Origin: Candidatus Poribacteria bacterium
GTDB lineage: Bacteria; Poribacteria; WGA-4E; WGA-3G
Length of the DNA: 64,000 nt
Assembly: GCA_965197475.1 (NCBI GenBank)
Contig: CBDANF010000003.1
Span: 1,696,001-1,760,000, forward strand
Direction of reading: 5' to 3'
Of the stretch, positions 9,506 to 20,197 are shown piece by piece. Below the pieces are notes generated by a model. The model did not search any database and had not been told where the DNA came from. It worked only from the letters and a program-made list of their open reading frames with translations. Numbering within the stretch: position 1 is the first letter of the stretch; every line of letters begins with the position of its first letter. Position numbers and translations under genes: made by a program.

Positions 9506-11044
9506 CTATAGACTCGCTACTGTGTTCAGAATTTCAGTGAGTTTTGTAACGGATTCGCTGAACATATCAATTGCGAAGTGGGGCCAAATGCCAAGGACAA
9601 TGGTTAGAATTCCGAGTGGCACCAAAGTCAGGATTTCACGTCCATTGATTTCTGGAAGGTCTTCGTATTTAGGGTTGAGTGTTCCCAAGAAAACTCTTTG
9701 AAGCGTCCAGAGGAAGTATGCCGCACCCACAACAATACCAATCGTAGACAAGATAGTCAATGTTTCAAATTTTTGGAAGGCACCGAATAAGGAAAGTGCT
9801 TCTCCGATAAATCCGCTCAAACCGGGCAACCCTAAAGATGCCATAAACGCAAGCGTTGTAATGCCCGTATAGATGGGCATTCTATTTCCTAAGCCACCGA
9901 ACCCGTTAATCTCACGATGGTGCGCACGGTCATAGAGAACACCAACAAGTAGGAAGAGCATAGCACTGATGACACCGTGATTAAACATCTGGAGAATTGC
10001 ACCGTTGATTCCCATAGTATTCCGAGCGGCAAGCCCTAAGATGACAAATCCCATGTGTCCGATACTGGAATACGCTACTAATTTCTTAAAATCGGTTTGT
10101 GCCAACGCGCAGAAAGATCCGTAGACAATATTAATAAAACCGAGTAATGCCAAACTATTACCCCAGAAACCTACGCCGTTGGTAAAAATTGCCAAACCTT
10201 CCGGAAACATCGCCATATTGATTCGCACCAACCCGTAGGTTCCCATTTTTAAAAGAACACCTGCAAGGATAACGCTAATCGCTGTCGGGGCTTCAACGTG
10301 TGCATCGGGAAGCCATGTGTGGAAAGGGAAAATCGGCACCTTGACAGCAAAACCGATAAAGAAACCAAGGAAAACCCACATTTGGAAGCCTGAATCGGCG
10401 AGAGCATGTCCTTCGGTTGATGCCAGCGTAATGAGTGTCGGAATATCAAACGTTCGTAAACCTTGTGCTACTCCATTGACAACGTTGCTGTTGAGATAAA
10501 CCGCAATCATCGCAACCAACATCAGCACGCTGCCGAATAGCGTATAAAGGAAGAATTTAATTGCAGCATATTCTCGACGTGGTCCGCCCCACACACCGAT
10601 CAGGAAATACATCGGCAAGAGTGTCAGTTCAAAGAAGACGAAGAAGAGGAAAAGATCCAACGCAGCGAAAAAGCCTAACATCCCCGTTTCAAGTAACAGG
10701 AACAACGCCATATATGCCTTAATGCCCTTTTCTATGTTCCGCCAAGAGGCAAGCACACAGATTGGTCCCAAAAGAGCGGTCAGGAGTAGCAGTGTTACGC
10801 TTAAACCGTCAATACCAACGTGATATTGAATATTGAAAGTCGCAATCCAGGCGACAGGACCATCAACAAACTGTGTTCCAGCAATTGATCGTTTGTAGTC
10901 AATAAATAAGTAAATTGCGAGTATCAGCGGGATAAGTGCAAAACCGAGTGTAACGCGTTTTATTAATTCTTCCGACTCCTTTGGTAGAAGTAAAACAACG
11001 ATCATCCCCAGCAACGGGACAAAAATCATTAGCGACAATAACAT
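9506..11044 (-). CDS. nuoM: NADH-quinone oxidoreductase subunit M
   Basis: AAIKFFLYT, PFHTWLPDAHVEAPT, KKLVAYSSIGHMG. Confidence 0.95.
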   Translation of the reverse strand: MLLSLMIFVPLLGMIVVLLLPKESEELIKRVTLGFALIPLILAIYLFIDYKRSIAGTQFVDGPVAWIATFNIQYHVGIDGLSVTLLLLTALLGPICVLASWRNIEKGIKAYMALFLLLETGMLGFFAALDLFLFFVFFELTLLPMYFLIGVWGGPRREYAAIKFFLYTLFGSVLMLVAMIAVYLNSNVVNGVAQGLRTFDIPTLITLASTEGHALADSGFQMWVFLGFFIGFAVKVPIFPFHTWLPDAHVEAPTAISVILAGVLLKMGTYGLVRINMAMFPEGLAIFTNGVGFWGNSLALLGFINIVYGSFCALAQTDFKKLVAYSSIGHMGFVILGLAARNTMGINGAILQMFNHGVISAMLFLLVGVLYDRAHHREINGFGGLGNRMPIYTGITTLAFMASLGLPGLSGFIGEALSLFGAFQKFETLTILSTIGIVVGAAYFLWTLQRVFLGTLNPKYEDLPEINGREILTLVPLGILTIVLGIWPHFAIDMFSESVTKLTEILNTVASL

Positions 11045-11211
11045 TTTTTGTATTCTTCCTCGTTGAATTTTGCACTATCGGCAAATTGTTGTAGTTGAAT
11101 TCTGTACTCTCTCGCTGCTATTAGCATATTTTGCGAGAAAATTGAAAATGTAAGGCTATAAACCTTGTTCATTCTTTTTCATTGCGCTTTTCAAACTGCA
11201 CCTATAAGCAC

Positions 11212-13470
11212 TTACAAAACCCTGAAAATCAAGATTATCAACACTATCCCGCCAATAACGACAAAGAGATAGGTTTGTATTGCTCCTGTCTGAAGTCTGC
11301 GGATTCTTCCTCCGGCTGCCCACGTAACTTCTGCTACCCGGTTGACGATACCATCAACAACACGATTATCAAAAAAGCCTATAAAAGCAGCGAGAATATC
11401 GCGTGTTACTGTTCCAACACCGTTGACGATTCCATCAACGACAGTCCCATCAAATTGGGCAAAAAGCCGCGACTTCCACACCGTCAGTGCAACCAACACG
11501 CCGTCGTAGAATTCATCAAAGTAGTATTTGTTCCAGAATAGGTTGTAGACCGGGCGGAAAGTTGTTGCAACAGCTTCTCCAGAGAACCTTCGCTTGTGGT
11601 AAAACAGCCATGAGAGCAGTATCCCTAAAGCCGCGACACAGATTGACAACACCATTGCGATTGTGTGTGCAGGACCGTGTCCAGGATGTGCATCATCAGC
11701 ATGTTCAGTGTCGTTTCCACCCTCTTCTTCAGCTGCTTCTGCTTCGGAAATACCAAAGAGTGATATGCCAAAATTCGCATCACCTATTTTGGTGTCAGGT
11801 GAAACGTAAGCATGTTGCGTTGTATTAGGCATATAGGGTTGTGACGGTGGTTTAACATAATCTTCGTTGAACCAAAGGATATTCACTGCGGGGAAACTCA
11901 GCAGTGCCAAAACGATGAGCGGCACCGTCATCGCCAACGGAGATTCGTGTGCCATGTCGTGCATTTCTTTGTTGCGCGGCTCACCGAAAAAGGTCATAAA
12001 TATCAGGCGGAACATATAAAATGCTGTGATACCCGCAGCAAGGAGTGCCATGCCGAATAGAATGTAGTAATGGGGTGAGTTTGATGCCATTGCCTCTCCA
12101 AGCACACCCCCTAAAATCGCATCTTTACTCCAGAACCCAGAAAAGACAAACGGCACACCTGAAATAGACAACGTTGCGATGAGCATTGTGAGGAAAGTAA
12201 TTGGCATTTTTCGACGGAGTCCGCCCATGTTCCGCATATCCTGGTCAGGTGGGATTTCAGAACCGTGTGCATGAACTAAACTGTGATCATCATGTTTATC
12301 ATGTTCCTTGCCATCTGCGTGTTCATCGTCATGATGGGCATGCATTGCGTGGAAGGCGTGAATAACACTTCCTGAACCAAGAAACAGGAGTGCTTTGAAA
12401 AACGCGTGTGTGGTAAGATGGAAAAGTCCAGCAACATAACTACCTACCCCAATTGCCAACATCATATATCCCAATTGGCTAATCGTAGAGTATGCCAAAA
12501 CCCGCTTAATGTCAAATCGAACGATTGCAATGGTAGCGGCAACAAGTGCGGTAATCCCTCCGACATAAGCGATGACGAGAGACGAAGCTGGTGTCAAAAT
12601 TGGGAACATTCGAGCTACGAGGTATACTCCGGCAGCAACCATCGTGGCAGCGTGTATCAAAGCACTGACGGGTGTAGGACCCTCCATCGCGTCTGGCAGC
12701 CATGTATGCAACGGCACCTGTGCAGATTTACCAACAGCACCACAAAATATGAGCACTCCGGCAATTGAGAGCCACACGATATCTGCTGTATCGCCTGTAA
12801 ACCTTGCGGGGTCAGTAAGCAGCGTAAAAATACCATCTGTTCCGTGCAGAGAAAGAGTATCAAATTTTTTGAACAGCATCATCATACCGATGAACATGCC
12901 AACATCACCGACGCGTGTTGTCAGGAACGCCTTCTTACATGCATTCGAAGCGGAATCCTTTTCAAACCAGAAGCCGATTAGCAGATAAGAGCAGAGACCG
13001 ACAAGTTCCCAACCGATATAGATACCGAGTAGGTTATCCGATACAACCAAGAAGAGCATTGAAAATGAGAAAAGCGAAAGGTAGGCAAAAAACCGTGGAT
13101 ACCTCGGATCACCGTGCATATAACCCATAGAGAAGATATGCACCAGACTACTGACTAACGTGACAACAATCAGCATAATCACGGTAACGCTGTCAAGGTA
13201 AAAACCCATTGAGAAAGTGGTATCACCGAGTGAAATCCAATCAACGGTATGCAGTGCGCCTTGAGCAACTTCACCCTCAGTAGTAGGCGCACTTTGTAAG
13301 CGTGCAACGTCTTGTAATAGCAAAAGTGAGCAGGCAAGCGCGACAAGCATCGCAGCGGTTGACAAATAATCTTGCCGTGGGAAACTACGTTTTGCTAAGC
13401 CCAATAGTGCAAAGATTGCGAAGGCTGCAAGCGGGCAAAGTAAGATAATACTTATTAAGGATACAACCAT
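11212..13470 (-). CDS. nuoL: NADH-quinone oxidoreductase subunit L
   Basis: GKSAQVPLHTWLPDAMEGPTPVSALIHAATMV, THAFFKALLFL; two extra His/acidic insertions. Confidence 0.95.
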   Translation of the reverse strand: MVVSLISIILLCPLAAFAIFALLGLAKRSFPRQDYLSTAAMLVALACSLLLLQDVARLQSAPTTEGEVAQGALHTVDWISLGDTTFSMGFYLDSVTVIMLIVVTLVSSLVHIFSMGYMHGDPRYPRFFAYLSLFSFSMLFLVVSDNLLGIYIGWELVGLCSYLLIGFWFEKDSASNACKKAFLTTRVGDVGMFIGMMMLFKKFDTLSLHGTDGIFTLLTDPARFTGDTADIVWLSIAGVLIFCGAVGKSAQVPLHTWLPDAMEGPTPVSALIHAATMVAAGVYLVARMFPILTPASSLVIAYVGGITALVAATIAIVRFDIKRVLAYSTISQLGYMMLAIGVGSYVAGLFHLTTHAFFKALLFLGSGSVIHAFHAMHAHHDDEHADGKEHDKHDDHSLVHAHGSEIPPDQDMRNMGGLRRKMPITFLTMLIATLSISGVPFVFSGFWSKDAILGGVLGEAMASNSPHYYILFGMALLAAGITAFYMFRLIFMTFFGEPRNKEMHDMAHESPLAMTVPLIVLALLSFPAVNILWFNEDYVKPPSQPYMPNTTQHAYVSPDTKIGDANFGISLFGISEAEAAEEEGGNDTEHADDAHPGHGPAHTIAMVLSICVAALGILLSWLFYHKRRFSGEAVATTFRPVYNLFWNKYYFDEFYDGVLVALTVWKSRLFAQFDGTVVDGIVNGVGTVTRDILAAFIGFFDNRVVDGIVNRVAEVTWAAGGRIRRLQTGAIQTYLFVVIGGIVLIILIFRVL

Positions 13471-13579
13471 ATTTTTTTACTATGGGCCTCCTGGTCCGCT
13501 TGCAGCCGTTGTTGCAAGCGGGTTTCTGATAAGATCGACGATATCTGATTAAATCGAACTTTTAACTGCAAATGAATTA

Positions 13580-13888
13580 TTAACCTTTTAAGGTATCCAC
13601 TTCGTCTGGGCGTATGCTACCGAATTCACGGTAAATAGCGAGAATTATGGCGAGAAATACCGCCGCTTCGGCTGCAGCAAGCACGATACCAAAGATAGCG
13701 ATTATCTGACCATCAATATTTTCTGGCGGTGTAACAAAACGTGAAAATGCGACGAAGTTTAGATTACACGAATTAAGAATAAGTTCAATGCCCATCAGAA
13801 TACTGATAGCGTTTCGCCGAGTTAGTACTGCGAAAATGCCGAGTGTAAATAGAATTGCACTGATTACCAAATAATGTTGAAGACTCAT
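13580..13888 (-). CDS. nuoK: NADH-quinone oxidoreductase subunit K
   Basis: RRNAISILMGIELILN, AAAEAAV. Confidence 0.95.
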   Translation of the reverse strand: MSLQHYLVISAILFTLGIFAVLTRRNAISILMGIELILNSCNLNFVAFSRFVTPPENIDGQIIAIFGIVLAAAEAAVFLAIILAIYREFGSIRPDEVDTLKG

Positions 13889-13927
13889 TTTTTCCTATCC
13901 TACAGATTTAGAAAGTGTCCAACGGAA

Positions 13928-14446
13928 TTAATCCCGAACCTCCTTGCGAGAAATGAGCGCAGCACCAATTAACGCAACTAACAGCAGCACAGATACAACC
14001 TCAAACGGCAGCAAAAAATGTTTTTTTAAAATCAGTTCGCCAATACGCTTGGTTGTCGGTTCAAGTTGCGTTCCATCATCGGTGAGATTTTTCCAACCGG
14101 GTGTATTCGCTATGACCGTCAAAAGCAGCATAAGCAGGGCAAGTGAAATTCCACCACCCAATAGCAGCTGACCGCGTTCAATGTGGATACGCATCTCTAA
14201 CCGTCCGCTTGTCATCATGACACCGAAAAGGATAAGCACCAGAATACCGCCGACGTAAACAATTACCTGTGTTGCTGCAAGAAAATCTGCTTGTAGAAAT
14301 ACGTATAATCCCGCTACCCCAAAGAGAGTAACCATCAGTGCAAAAGCGGCATGAACAATGTTACGAACCGTTACCACAGCGAGTGCAGAGGCAATTGTTA
14401 ATAACGCGAACCCGTAAAAAATAAATGTCTTGAGTGTAAATTCCAT
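13928..14446 (-). CDS. nuoJ: NADH-quinone oxidoreductase subunit J
   Basis: QVIVYVGGILVLILFGVM, LPFEVVSVLLLVALIGA. Confidence 0.95.
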   Translation of the reverse strand: MEFTLKTFIFYGFALLTIASALAVVTVRNIVHAAFALMVTLFGVAGLYVFLQADFLAATQVIVYVGGILVLILFGVMMTSGRLEMRIHIERGQLLLGGGISLALLMLLLTVIANTPGWKNLTDDGTQLEPTTKRIGELILKKHFLLPFEVVSVLLLVALIGAALISRKEVRD

Positions 14447-14460
14447 AAAAGTAGAACTTC

Positions 14461-15180
14461 CTAATCTGCTGCTTCTGTGGCATCTGCCTCGTCTTTACCG
14501 TACATCTCCTGCTTATCAAAATTGAAGATTAAATCTGTGCGATCAAACTTTGAATATTCAATTCCCTCAAGCGAATCCTTCATTACGAGACACTCTGTCG
14601 GACAGACCTCCGTGCATAATCCACAATACATACAGAGGGACATATCAATATCAAACTGGTCAAGATAGAAAACGACCGGGTTTCTCGTAACGACGCGTGA
14701 TACCGTGTCTCCAGAAACGGTTTGGGTGCGGTTTTCATTCTCCGATGGCTCCAGCCGGTCTATAACCTCTTGTGAACCTAAGCGTGTGGTGATATTTGTA
14801 ACGGTTACCGAATCTTCCGGGTTTATCTTCTTTTCATTGCCTTCAATGATACCGATGATTTCCTGTCCGTCCTTGAGATGTACAACGTTCATGCTATCCC
14901 ATAATTGTTCACCCTTGGGAAGTTTCGTGCCGACAATCGTAATACAATCCACAGGACAGATCAACTCACACTTTTTACAGCCGATGCAGTCCTCAATCCG
15001 ATTATAGAGTTGACCACGATACCCTTTCGGAATTTCTCGAACGTTCTGTTTCTTTTCGTAATCGTGTTCATACGGATATTGGTGCGTGACGTTCGGTTCA
15101 AAGAACTGCCGAATTGTAATTCGCATCCCGACGAGGACGGTATAAACACCTCTGTATATGTTTCGTATGTATTTGTCCAT
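14461..15180 (-). CDS. nuoI: NADH-quinone oxidoreductase subunit I with long insertion
   Basis: VTHQYP, YRG, CIGCKKCELICP and CMYCGLCTEVCP. Confidence 0.92.
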   Translation of the reverse strand: MDKYIRNIYRGVYTVLVGMRITIRQFFEPNVTHQYPYEHDYEKKQNVREIPKGYRGQLYNRIEDCIGCKKCELICPVDCITIVGTKLPKGEQLWDSMNVVHLKDGQEIIGIIEGNEKKINPEDSVTVTNITTRLGSQEVIDRLEPSENENRTQTVSGDTVSRVVTRNPVVFYLDQFDIDMSLCMYCGLCTEVCPTECLVMKDSLEGIEYSKFDRTDLIFNFDKQEMYGKDEADATEAAD

Positions 15181-15228
15181 AACGAATGTTCCTTTGTAGG
15201 TCAGTTTCCCACGCGAAAGGTGCGGATA

Positions 15229-15744
15229 CTACCTAAACGCGTATTTAATAAGCACACCGATAAGCAACCCGCTGTGGAGAACGATGCCGTAAATTTTCCA
15301 TTTACGGTCACCTTTGAAGAGTTCACTGGGTAGTGTCATGATCCAGTAAGCGATACATACTATGCCTAAACCTACAACAAAAGAAACCACAAAAGTATGC
15401 AACGACTGAATATTAAAAATTATTGCGATTGAATCGTTCAGGATTACAATTGTGCCTCCGAGAATTGTAAGTGCAATCCCAGAGATACATGCGACTTTTT
15501 CCGTTCTTGTTGCCTCCGTAGTTCTTATTTTTCTGAGGAGCGGGAACACTATATAGAAACCAAAGCATGCGAGACTCACTCCTAAAACGAATCCCAAAGT
15601 AGGCAGCCAATGCTTACTGACACCGTCAGCAATCAAATCGTCCGCGGTTATAAGCAGAATTACACCGATGATAGGTAACTGCTTTACCACCCACGCGATT
15701 TTTTCTTGCTTCGTACTTCGCAAAATCCCCATAACAGCATTCAT
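15229..15744 (-). CDS. Hypothetical multi-pass membrane protein between nuoH and nuoI
   Basis: 171 aa, about 5 hydrophobic segments, GGAGG RBS. Confidence 0.75.
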   Translation of the reverse strand: MNAVMGILRSTKQEKIAWVVKQLPIIGVILLITADDLIADGVSKHWLPTLGFVLGVSLACFGFYIVFPLLRKIRTTEATRTEKVACISGIALTILGGTIVILNDSIAIIFNIQSLHTFVVSFVVGLGIVCIAYWIMTLPSELFKGDRKWKIYGIVLHSGLLIGVLIKYAFR

Positions 15745-15808
15745 CGTTTACCTCCGTTTAGAACTATCCTTAAACTAATATACAGATAATTTCAACACAT
15801 TGCCCTGA

Positions 15809-17035
15809 TTAAGCTGAACTCGCCTGCGGTTCAGCTTTTCGCGCAAGATTTCTACCTGCAAATGCATACGCACCGATAAGACCAGCATAGATAATCGCAC
15901 AACTAATCCCGATGCTCCACACATCATCATGGTCAAAAATCAACCCCCATACACCTGTGCCTAAGATGTTAAAAAATGAAATCGGGATAAAGTATTTCCA
16001 GCACAGATTCATGAGTTGATCCACACGTAAACGTGGTAGTGTCCACCGCAGCCACATCATCAGAAAGACAAGACTCAAAGTCTTGATAACGAAACCGGGA
16101 AGACCACCGAGAAAATCATAACCCGGCAAGACACCTTCCCATCCACCGAGGAAGAGCGTCACAGCAATTGCACTCACCGCGAACATATTTGCGTATTCGG
16201 CAATAAAGAAGAGAGCAAAACGCATACCACTATATTCGGTATGGAACCCAGCAACGATTTCGGATTCTGCCTCAGGCAGATCAAATGGCGTTCGGTTGAC
16301 CTCAGCAATAGAAGATATAAAGAAGATAAAGAATGCTATAAAGGTAAAGGGTGACCGAAATATCAGCCAAGTGAAAACACCATTGGACTGACTATCCACA
16401 ATCTTACTCATACTCAAACTTCCTACGAGCATAACAACTGTCAAAATGGAAAGACCGAGCGGGATTTCATAACTGACAATTTGTGCAGCGGAACGTAATG
16501 AACCCAACAACGACCATTTACTGTTTGATGACCATCCTGCCATAATTACGCCCATGACAATCACAGACGAGATCGCCATGATATAGAAGATGCCAATATT
16601 AAAGTCGCTCACTAATATGTCTTGTCCAAACGGGATTGCAGCGAAAACTGCGAAAGAGCAGGCAAATATGATGTATGGTGCGAGCATGAAAAGAACTTTA
16701 TCACCTTGCGGTGGGATATAGTCCTCTTTGAAGATAAGTTTTATTCCATCTGCCAATGTTTGCAGTGTGCCCCAAGGTCCAACACGCATGGGACCTGTTC
16801 GATTCTGAAAACGTGCTGCTACTTTTCGTTCTGCAAGCACAAGGACCAACGGAAGTAGTGGCACAAGTGCAACGAAAATACCCGCGCATACCAACATCAC
16901 AAGCACAGAACCCAACTCCACAGGAAAATCTGGAATTCTCGGAACGATTACATTTTGGACAAAATCTGTTGCCCAATTAGTTCCTTCTTGTAAATTTATA
17001 TTAGGAAAGAAACCTTCAGATACAATATTTGGCAT
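15809..17035 (-). CDS. nuoH: NADH-quinone oxidoreductase subunit H
   Basis: ERKVAARFQNRTGP, RSAAQIVSYE, NRTPFDLPEAESEIVAGFHTEYSG. Confidence 0.95.
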   Translation of the reverse strand: MPNIVSEGFFPNINLQEGTNWATDFVQNVIVPRIPDFPVELGSVLVMLVCAGIFVALVPLLPLVLVLAERKVAARFQNRTGPMRVGPWGTLQTLADGIKLIFKEDYIPPQGDKVLFMLAPYIIFACSFAVFAAIPFGQDILVSDFNIGIFYIMAISSVIVMGVIMAGWSSNSKWSLLGSLRSAAQIVSYEIPLGLSILTVVMLVGSLSMSKIVDSQSNGVFTWLIFRSPFTFIAFFIFFISSIAEVNRTPFDLPEAESEIVAGFHTEYSGMRFALFFIAEYANMFAVSAIAVTLFLGGWEGVLPGYDFLGGLPGFVIKTLSLVFLMMWLRWTLPRLRVDQLMNLCWKYFIPISFFNILGTGVWGLIFDHDDVWSIGISCAIIYAGLIGAYAFAGRNLARKAEPQASSA

Positions 17036-17079
17036 CTAACCTCCTAACCACAAGTAACATCATCTGTTATCAGATAGTT

Positions 17080-18285
17080 TTACCGATCAACTTCTCCCAT
17101 CACGATATCAATGCTTCCGATAATCGCGATAATATCTGCTATCATCAAACCTCGACTTAGTTCTGGTAGCGCGCTTAACGCACTGAAACAGGGCGAGCGT
17201 CCCTTGACACGCACAGGCTTCGGTGTACCGTCACTTACGATGTAAAATCCAAGTTCGCCACGTGGTGCTTCACTACGGAAATAGATCTCACCTTTGGGTG
17301 GACGGACAGCTTTTAATTGTGCCATGACAGGACCGTCGGGAAGACCTTCCGCTAAAATTTGTCGGACTATCCGCACGGATTCCTTCATTTCATCCATGCG
17401 CACTTTGTATCGACTCCAGCAGTCACCAACAACAGCACCTAACTCAGGAATATCCTTGGCAATAGGCACATCAAAATCAAACCGATCATAGATAGAATAG
17501 GGTTCATCTCGTCGCAAATCCCAATCAACACCTGACCCGCGGATATTCGGACCAGTAGCACCGTAACTCAGTGCCATCTCTGCCGACATAACAGCGACTC
17601 TCATTGTCCGTTCGGCGAAAATGCTGTTTGCTGTCAAAAGATCGTTATATTCGTCAATCTTCGGTTCAAAATAGTCCAGAAACTCTTTGATCTCATCTAA
17701 GAAATTCTGTTCAAAAACAGAACCAGGTTCCATAGGGATGATTTCAGATACACCACCGATGCGGATATAGTTATAGGTAAGACGTGCACCACAAATTTTC
17801 TCAAAAAGCAGAAGAAGCTTTTCCCTATCACGAAACGCATAGAGAAACGGTGTGAATGCTCCGATGTCCATTCCGTAAGTACCAAATGAAAGGAGATGAC
17901 TCGCAATCCGATTTAATTCACAAATAAGCACACGTAGATATTCCGCGCGTTCCGGCACCGCAAAATCCCGTTTTTCGTCCATCTCAATCAGTTTTTCAAC
18001 AGCAAGACAAAACCCCCAATTCTGGTTCATCGCCGCAACGTAATCCATTCGGTCGGTGAAAGGAATGATTTGAGGGTAAGAGAGGTTTTCTGAGTGTTTC
18101 TCAAAACATCGATGCAGATAACCGATATGTGGTATCGCTTCCCGCACGACCTCACCGTCCAACCTCAACTCCAGCCGTAACACCCCGTGAGTACTAGGAT
18201 GCTGAGGTCCCATATTCACTATCATCTCATCGGTGAACGGTTTGAGTTCTATAATTTTCGATTCTGTCTGTTGTGTGTTTTCCAT
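17080..18285 (-). CDS. nuoD: NADH-quinone oxidoreductase subunit D
   Basis: NMGPQHPSTHGVLRL, GYLHRCFEK, C-terminal GEVDR. Confidence 0.95.
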   Translation of the reverse strand: MENTQQTESKIIELKPFTDEMIVNMGPQHPSTHGVLRLELRLDGEVVREAIPHIGYLHRCFEKHSENLSYPQIIPFTDRMDYVAAMNQNWGFCLAVEKLIEMDEKRDFAVPERAEYLRVLICELNRIASHLLSFGTYGMDIGAFTPFLYAFRDREKLLLLFEKICGARLTYNYIRIGGVSEIIPMEPGSVFEQNFLDEIKEFLDYFEPKIDEYNDLLTANSIFAERTMRVAVMSAEMALSYGATGPNIRGSGVDWDLRRDEPYSIYDRFDFDVPIAKDIPELGAVVGDCWSRYKVRMDEMKESVRIVRQILAEGLPDGPVMAQLKAVRPPKGEIYFRSEAPRGELGFYIVSDGTPKPVRVKGRSPCFSALSALPELSRGLMIADIIAIIGSIDIVMGEVDR

Positions 18286-18431
18286 AATGCGGGTTTGAAA
18301 GGTCTATTTTTATCTTTTATGTCTATCTATTTCACTATGAATGATATCTTTTGTGCTGCAAGTTAAACCTAACAATTATTTTCAAAGTTATTCAGTTGCG
18401 TGATTAGAGGCACATGGAAATCGATTCAATG

Positions 18432-18917
18432 TTAGTACGGCACACGCATTCCGCGATAAAAATCAGGCTCCTTATAATCTTTTCGTAGCGGGTATCCTTC
18501 CCAATCATCGGGAAGTAAGATTCGGCGTAGGTCAGTATGCCCCTCAAAGAGAATACCATATAGGTCGTAAGCTTCGCGTTCGTGCCAATCCGCAGTTTTC
18601 CAAATATGTGAAACGCTCGGAAGGTGTGCATCAGTTTTCGGCATTGATGCTTTCAAAACCACGCTATGTCGATGCTGCATAGAATAGAGATGGTAAACGA
18701 CAGAGAATTCTTCCTCCTTGGCACCCAGATCAACACCACTAAGGCACATCAACGAATCAAACGCCAACGTGTCAGTCTCAACGAGATATTGACACACCTC
18801 AGCGATAGCTGCGGGAGCAATTTGAATACTCGGATCGCCAGCAAGTTCGGTGTCAAAACCGAGGGCAGATTCACCAAACTTCTTGGTTAGAATTTCATAA
18901 ATTTCTTCCGGTTTCAC
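18432..18917 (-). CDS. nuoC: NADH-quinone oxidoreductase subunit C
   Basis: ADWHEREAYDLYGI, RRILLPDDWEGYPLRKDY. Confidence 0.95.
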   Translation of the reverse strand: MKPEEIYEILTKKFGESALGFDTELAGDPSIQIAPAAIAEVCQYLVETDTLAFDSLMCLSGVDLGAKEEEFSVVYHLYSMQHRHSVVLKASMPKTDAHLPSVSHIWKTADWHEREAYDLYGILFEGHTDLRRILLPDDWEGYPLRKDYKEPDFYRGMRVPY

Positions 18918-18949
18918 GTAATATCTACTCCAGATGAGATAGTGCTATT

Positions 18950-19555
18950 TTATACAGTGCTTTCAGCGTTTTCGTCTTCAGCGGTTGGTGTTTCAGCTTC
19001 ATCGGCACCTTCGGTTTTCTCGTGTTCATACCATTCTGTTTTGGTAAAGAGTCTCTTCAAGAACGGAACATTGGAACGTTTTGCGACGGTTTGGGTTTTA
19101 ATTTTTTCCTGTAATTTCAACAAACCTTCAATGAGTGCTTCCGGTCGTGGGGGACATCCTGGGACATAAACGTCAACTGGTATAATCCGATCAACCCCTT
19201 TAAGAACATGGTATCCGTGCTGCCAATAGGGACCACCGCTTGTAGCGCAGCTACCCATTGAGATGACGTACTTCGGTTCAGGCATCTGTTCATAAAGACG
19301 TTTGATACGTGTTGCCATTTTAAGCGTTACTGTACCAGAAATCACCATTAAATCTGATTGGCGAGGTGTTGCCCGAGGCACACCTGCCCCGAATCTGTCC
19401 AAGTCGTAGTTAGAAGCAGCTGTTGCCATAAATTCAATTGCACAACAAGCGAGACCAAATGTCATCGGCCAGAGTGCTGAGGATCGTGCCCAGTTCGCGA
19501 CAGCATCAACTGAGGTGACAATTATGTTTTTGTCCAATTTCTCATCAATTATCAT
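18950..19555 (-). CDS. nuoB: NADH-quinone oxidoreductase subunit B
   Basis: [27 protein letters not shown]. Confidence 0.95.
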   Translation of the reverse strand: MIIDEKLDKNIIVTSVDAVANWARSSALWPMTFGLACCAIEFMATAASNYDLDRFGAGVPRATPRQSDLMVISGTVTLKMATRIKRLYEQMPEPKYVISMGSCATSGGPYWQHGYHVLKGVDRIIPVDVYVPGCPPRPEALIEGLLKLQEKIKTQTVAKRSNVPFLKRLFTKTEWYEHEKTEGADEAETPTAEDENAESTV

Positions 19556-19955
19556 AACTTTCCTCCCTTTGGAAGGACTGTACCTCTAATTGTGTGGAAC
19601 GAATCCACTCCAGATCGCCTTTTGCCCACACATAAGCGAGTCCGACTAACAGGATTGCGATAAAGACGAGCATTTCCAAAAATGCAAAGAGACCGAAGTC
19701 TCGGAAAACAACTGCCCACGGCAGAAGGAATACGACTTCCACGTCAAAGATTAGAAAGATGAGGGCGATCACATAAAAACGGGTGTTGAACTTAATCCGT
19801 GTGTCGCCAATCGGGTCTTCCCCGCATTCATACGGGGTGTACTTTTCGCCCGAAAACAACTTTGTATGAACAAGACGAGAAATAGTTATGTTTAGGACAA
19901 CAAACAAGCAGCCAACAACTAAGAAAATCAGAACATTTGCAAAATCAAAGAGCAT
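19545..19955 (-). CDS. nuoA: NADH-quinone oxidoreductase subunit A
   Basis: [29 protein letters not shown]. Confidence 0.95.
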   Translation of the reverse strand: MLFDFANVLIFLVVGCLFVVLNITISRLVHTKLFSGEKYTPYECGEDPIGDTRIKFNTRFYVIALIFLIFDVEVVFLLPWAVVFRDFGLFAFLEMLVFIAILLVGLAYVWAKGDLEWIRSTQLEVQSFQREESYDN

Positions 19956-20197
19956 CTATCTTATCCTTATTAGAACGGAAGTTGCAGTGTGTCGTGTTTC
20001 ATTTTGTCTATAAAGTATATCCTAAATTAGTAGGAATTTGCAAGGAAAAAATAAGCAACTCACGTATTTCCGTTATCTTATAAAGTGTTCTTGAACCATT
20101 TTTTCTTACGTTTTAGCATTCCTTCAATTTTTTGTTGCAATACATCTAAAATTTTGCAATAATTTATTAGGAATGAAAAAGTTTGAAGGAGTACGAA

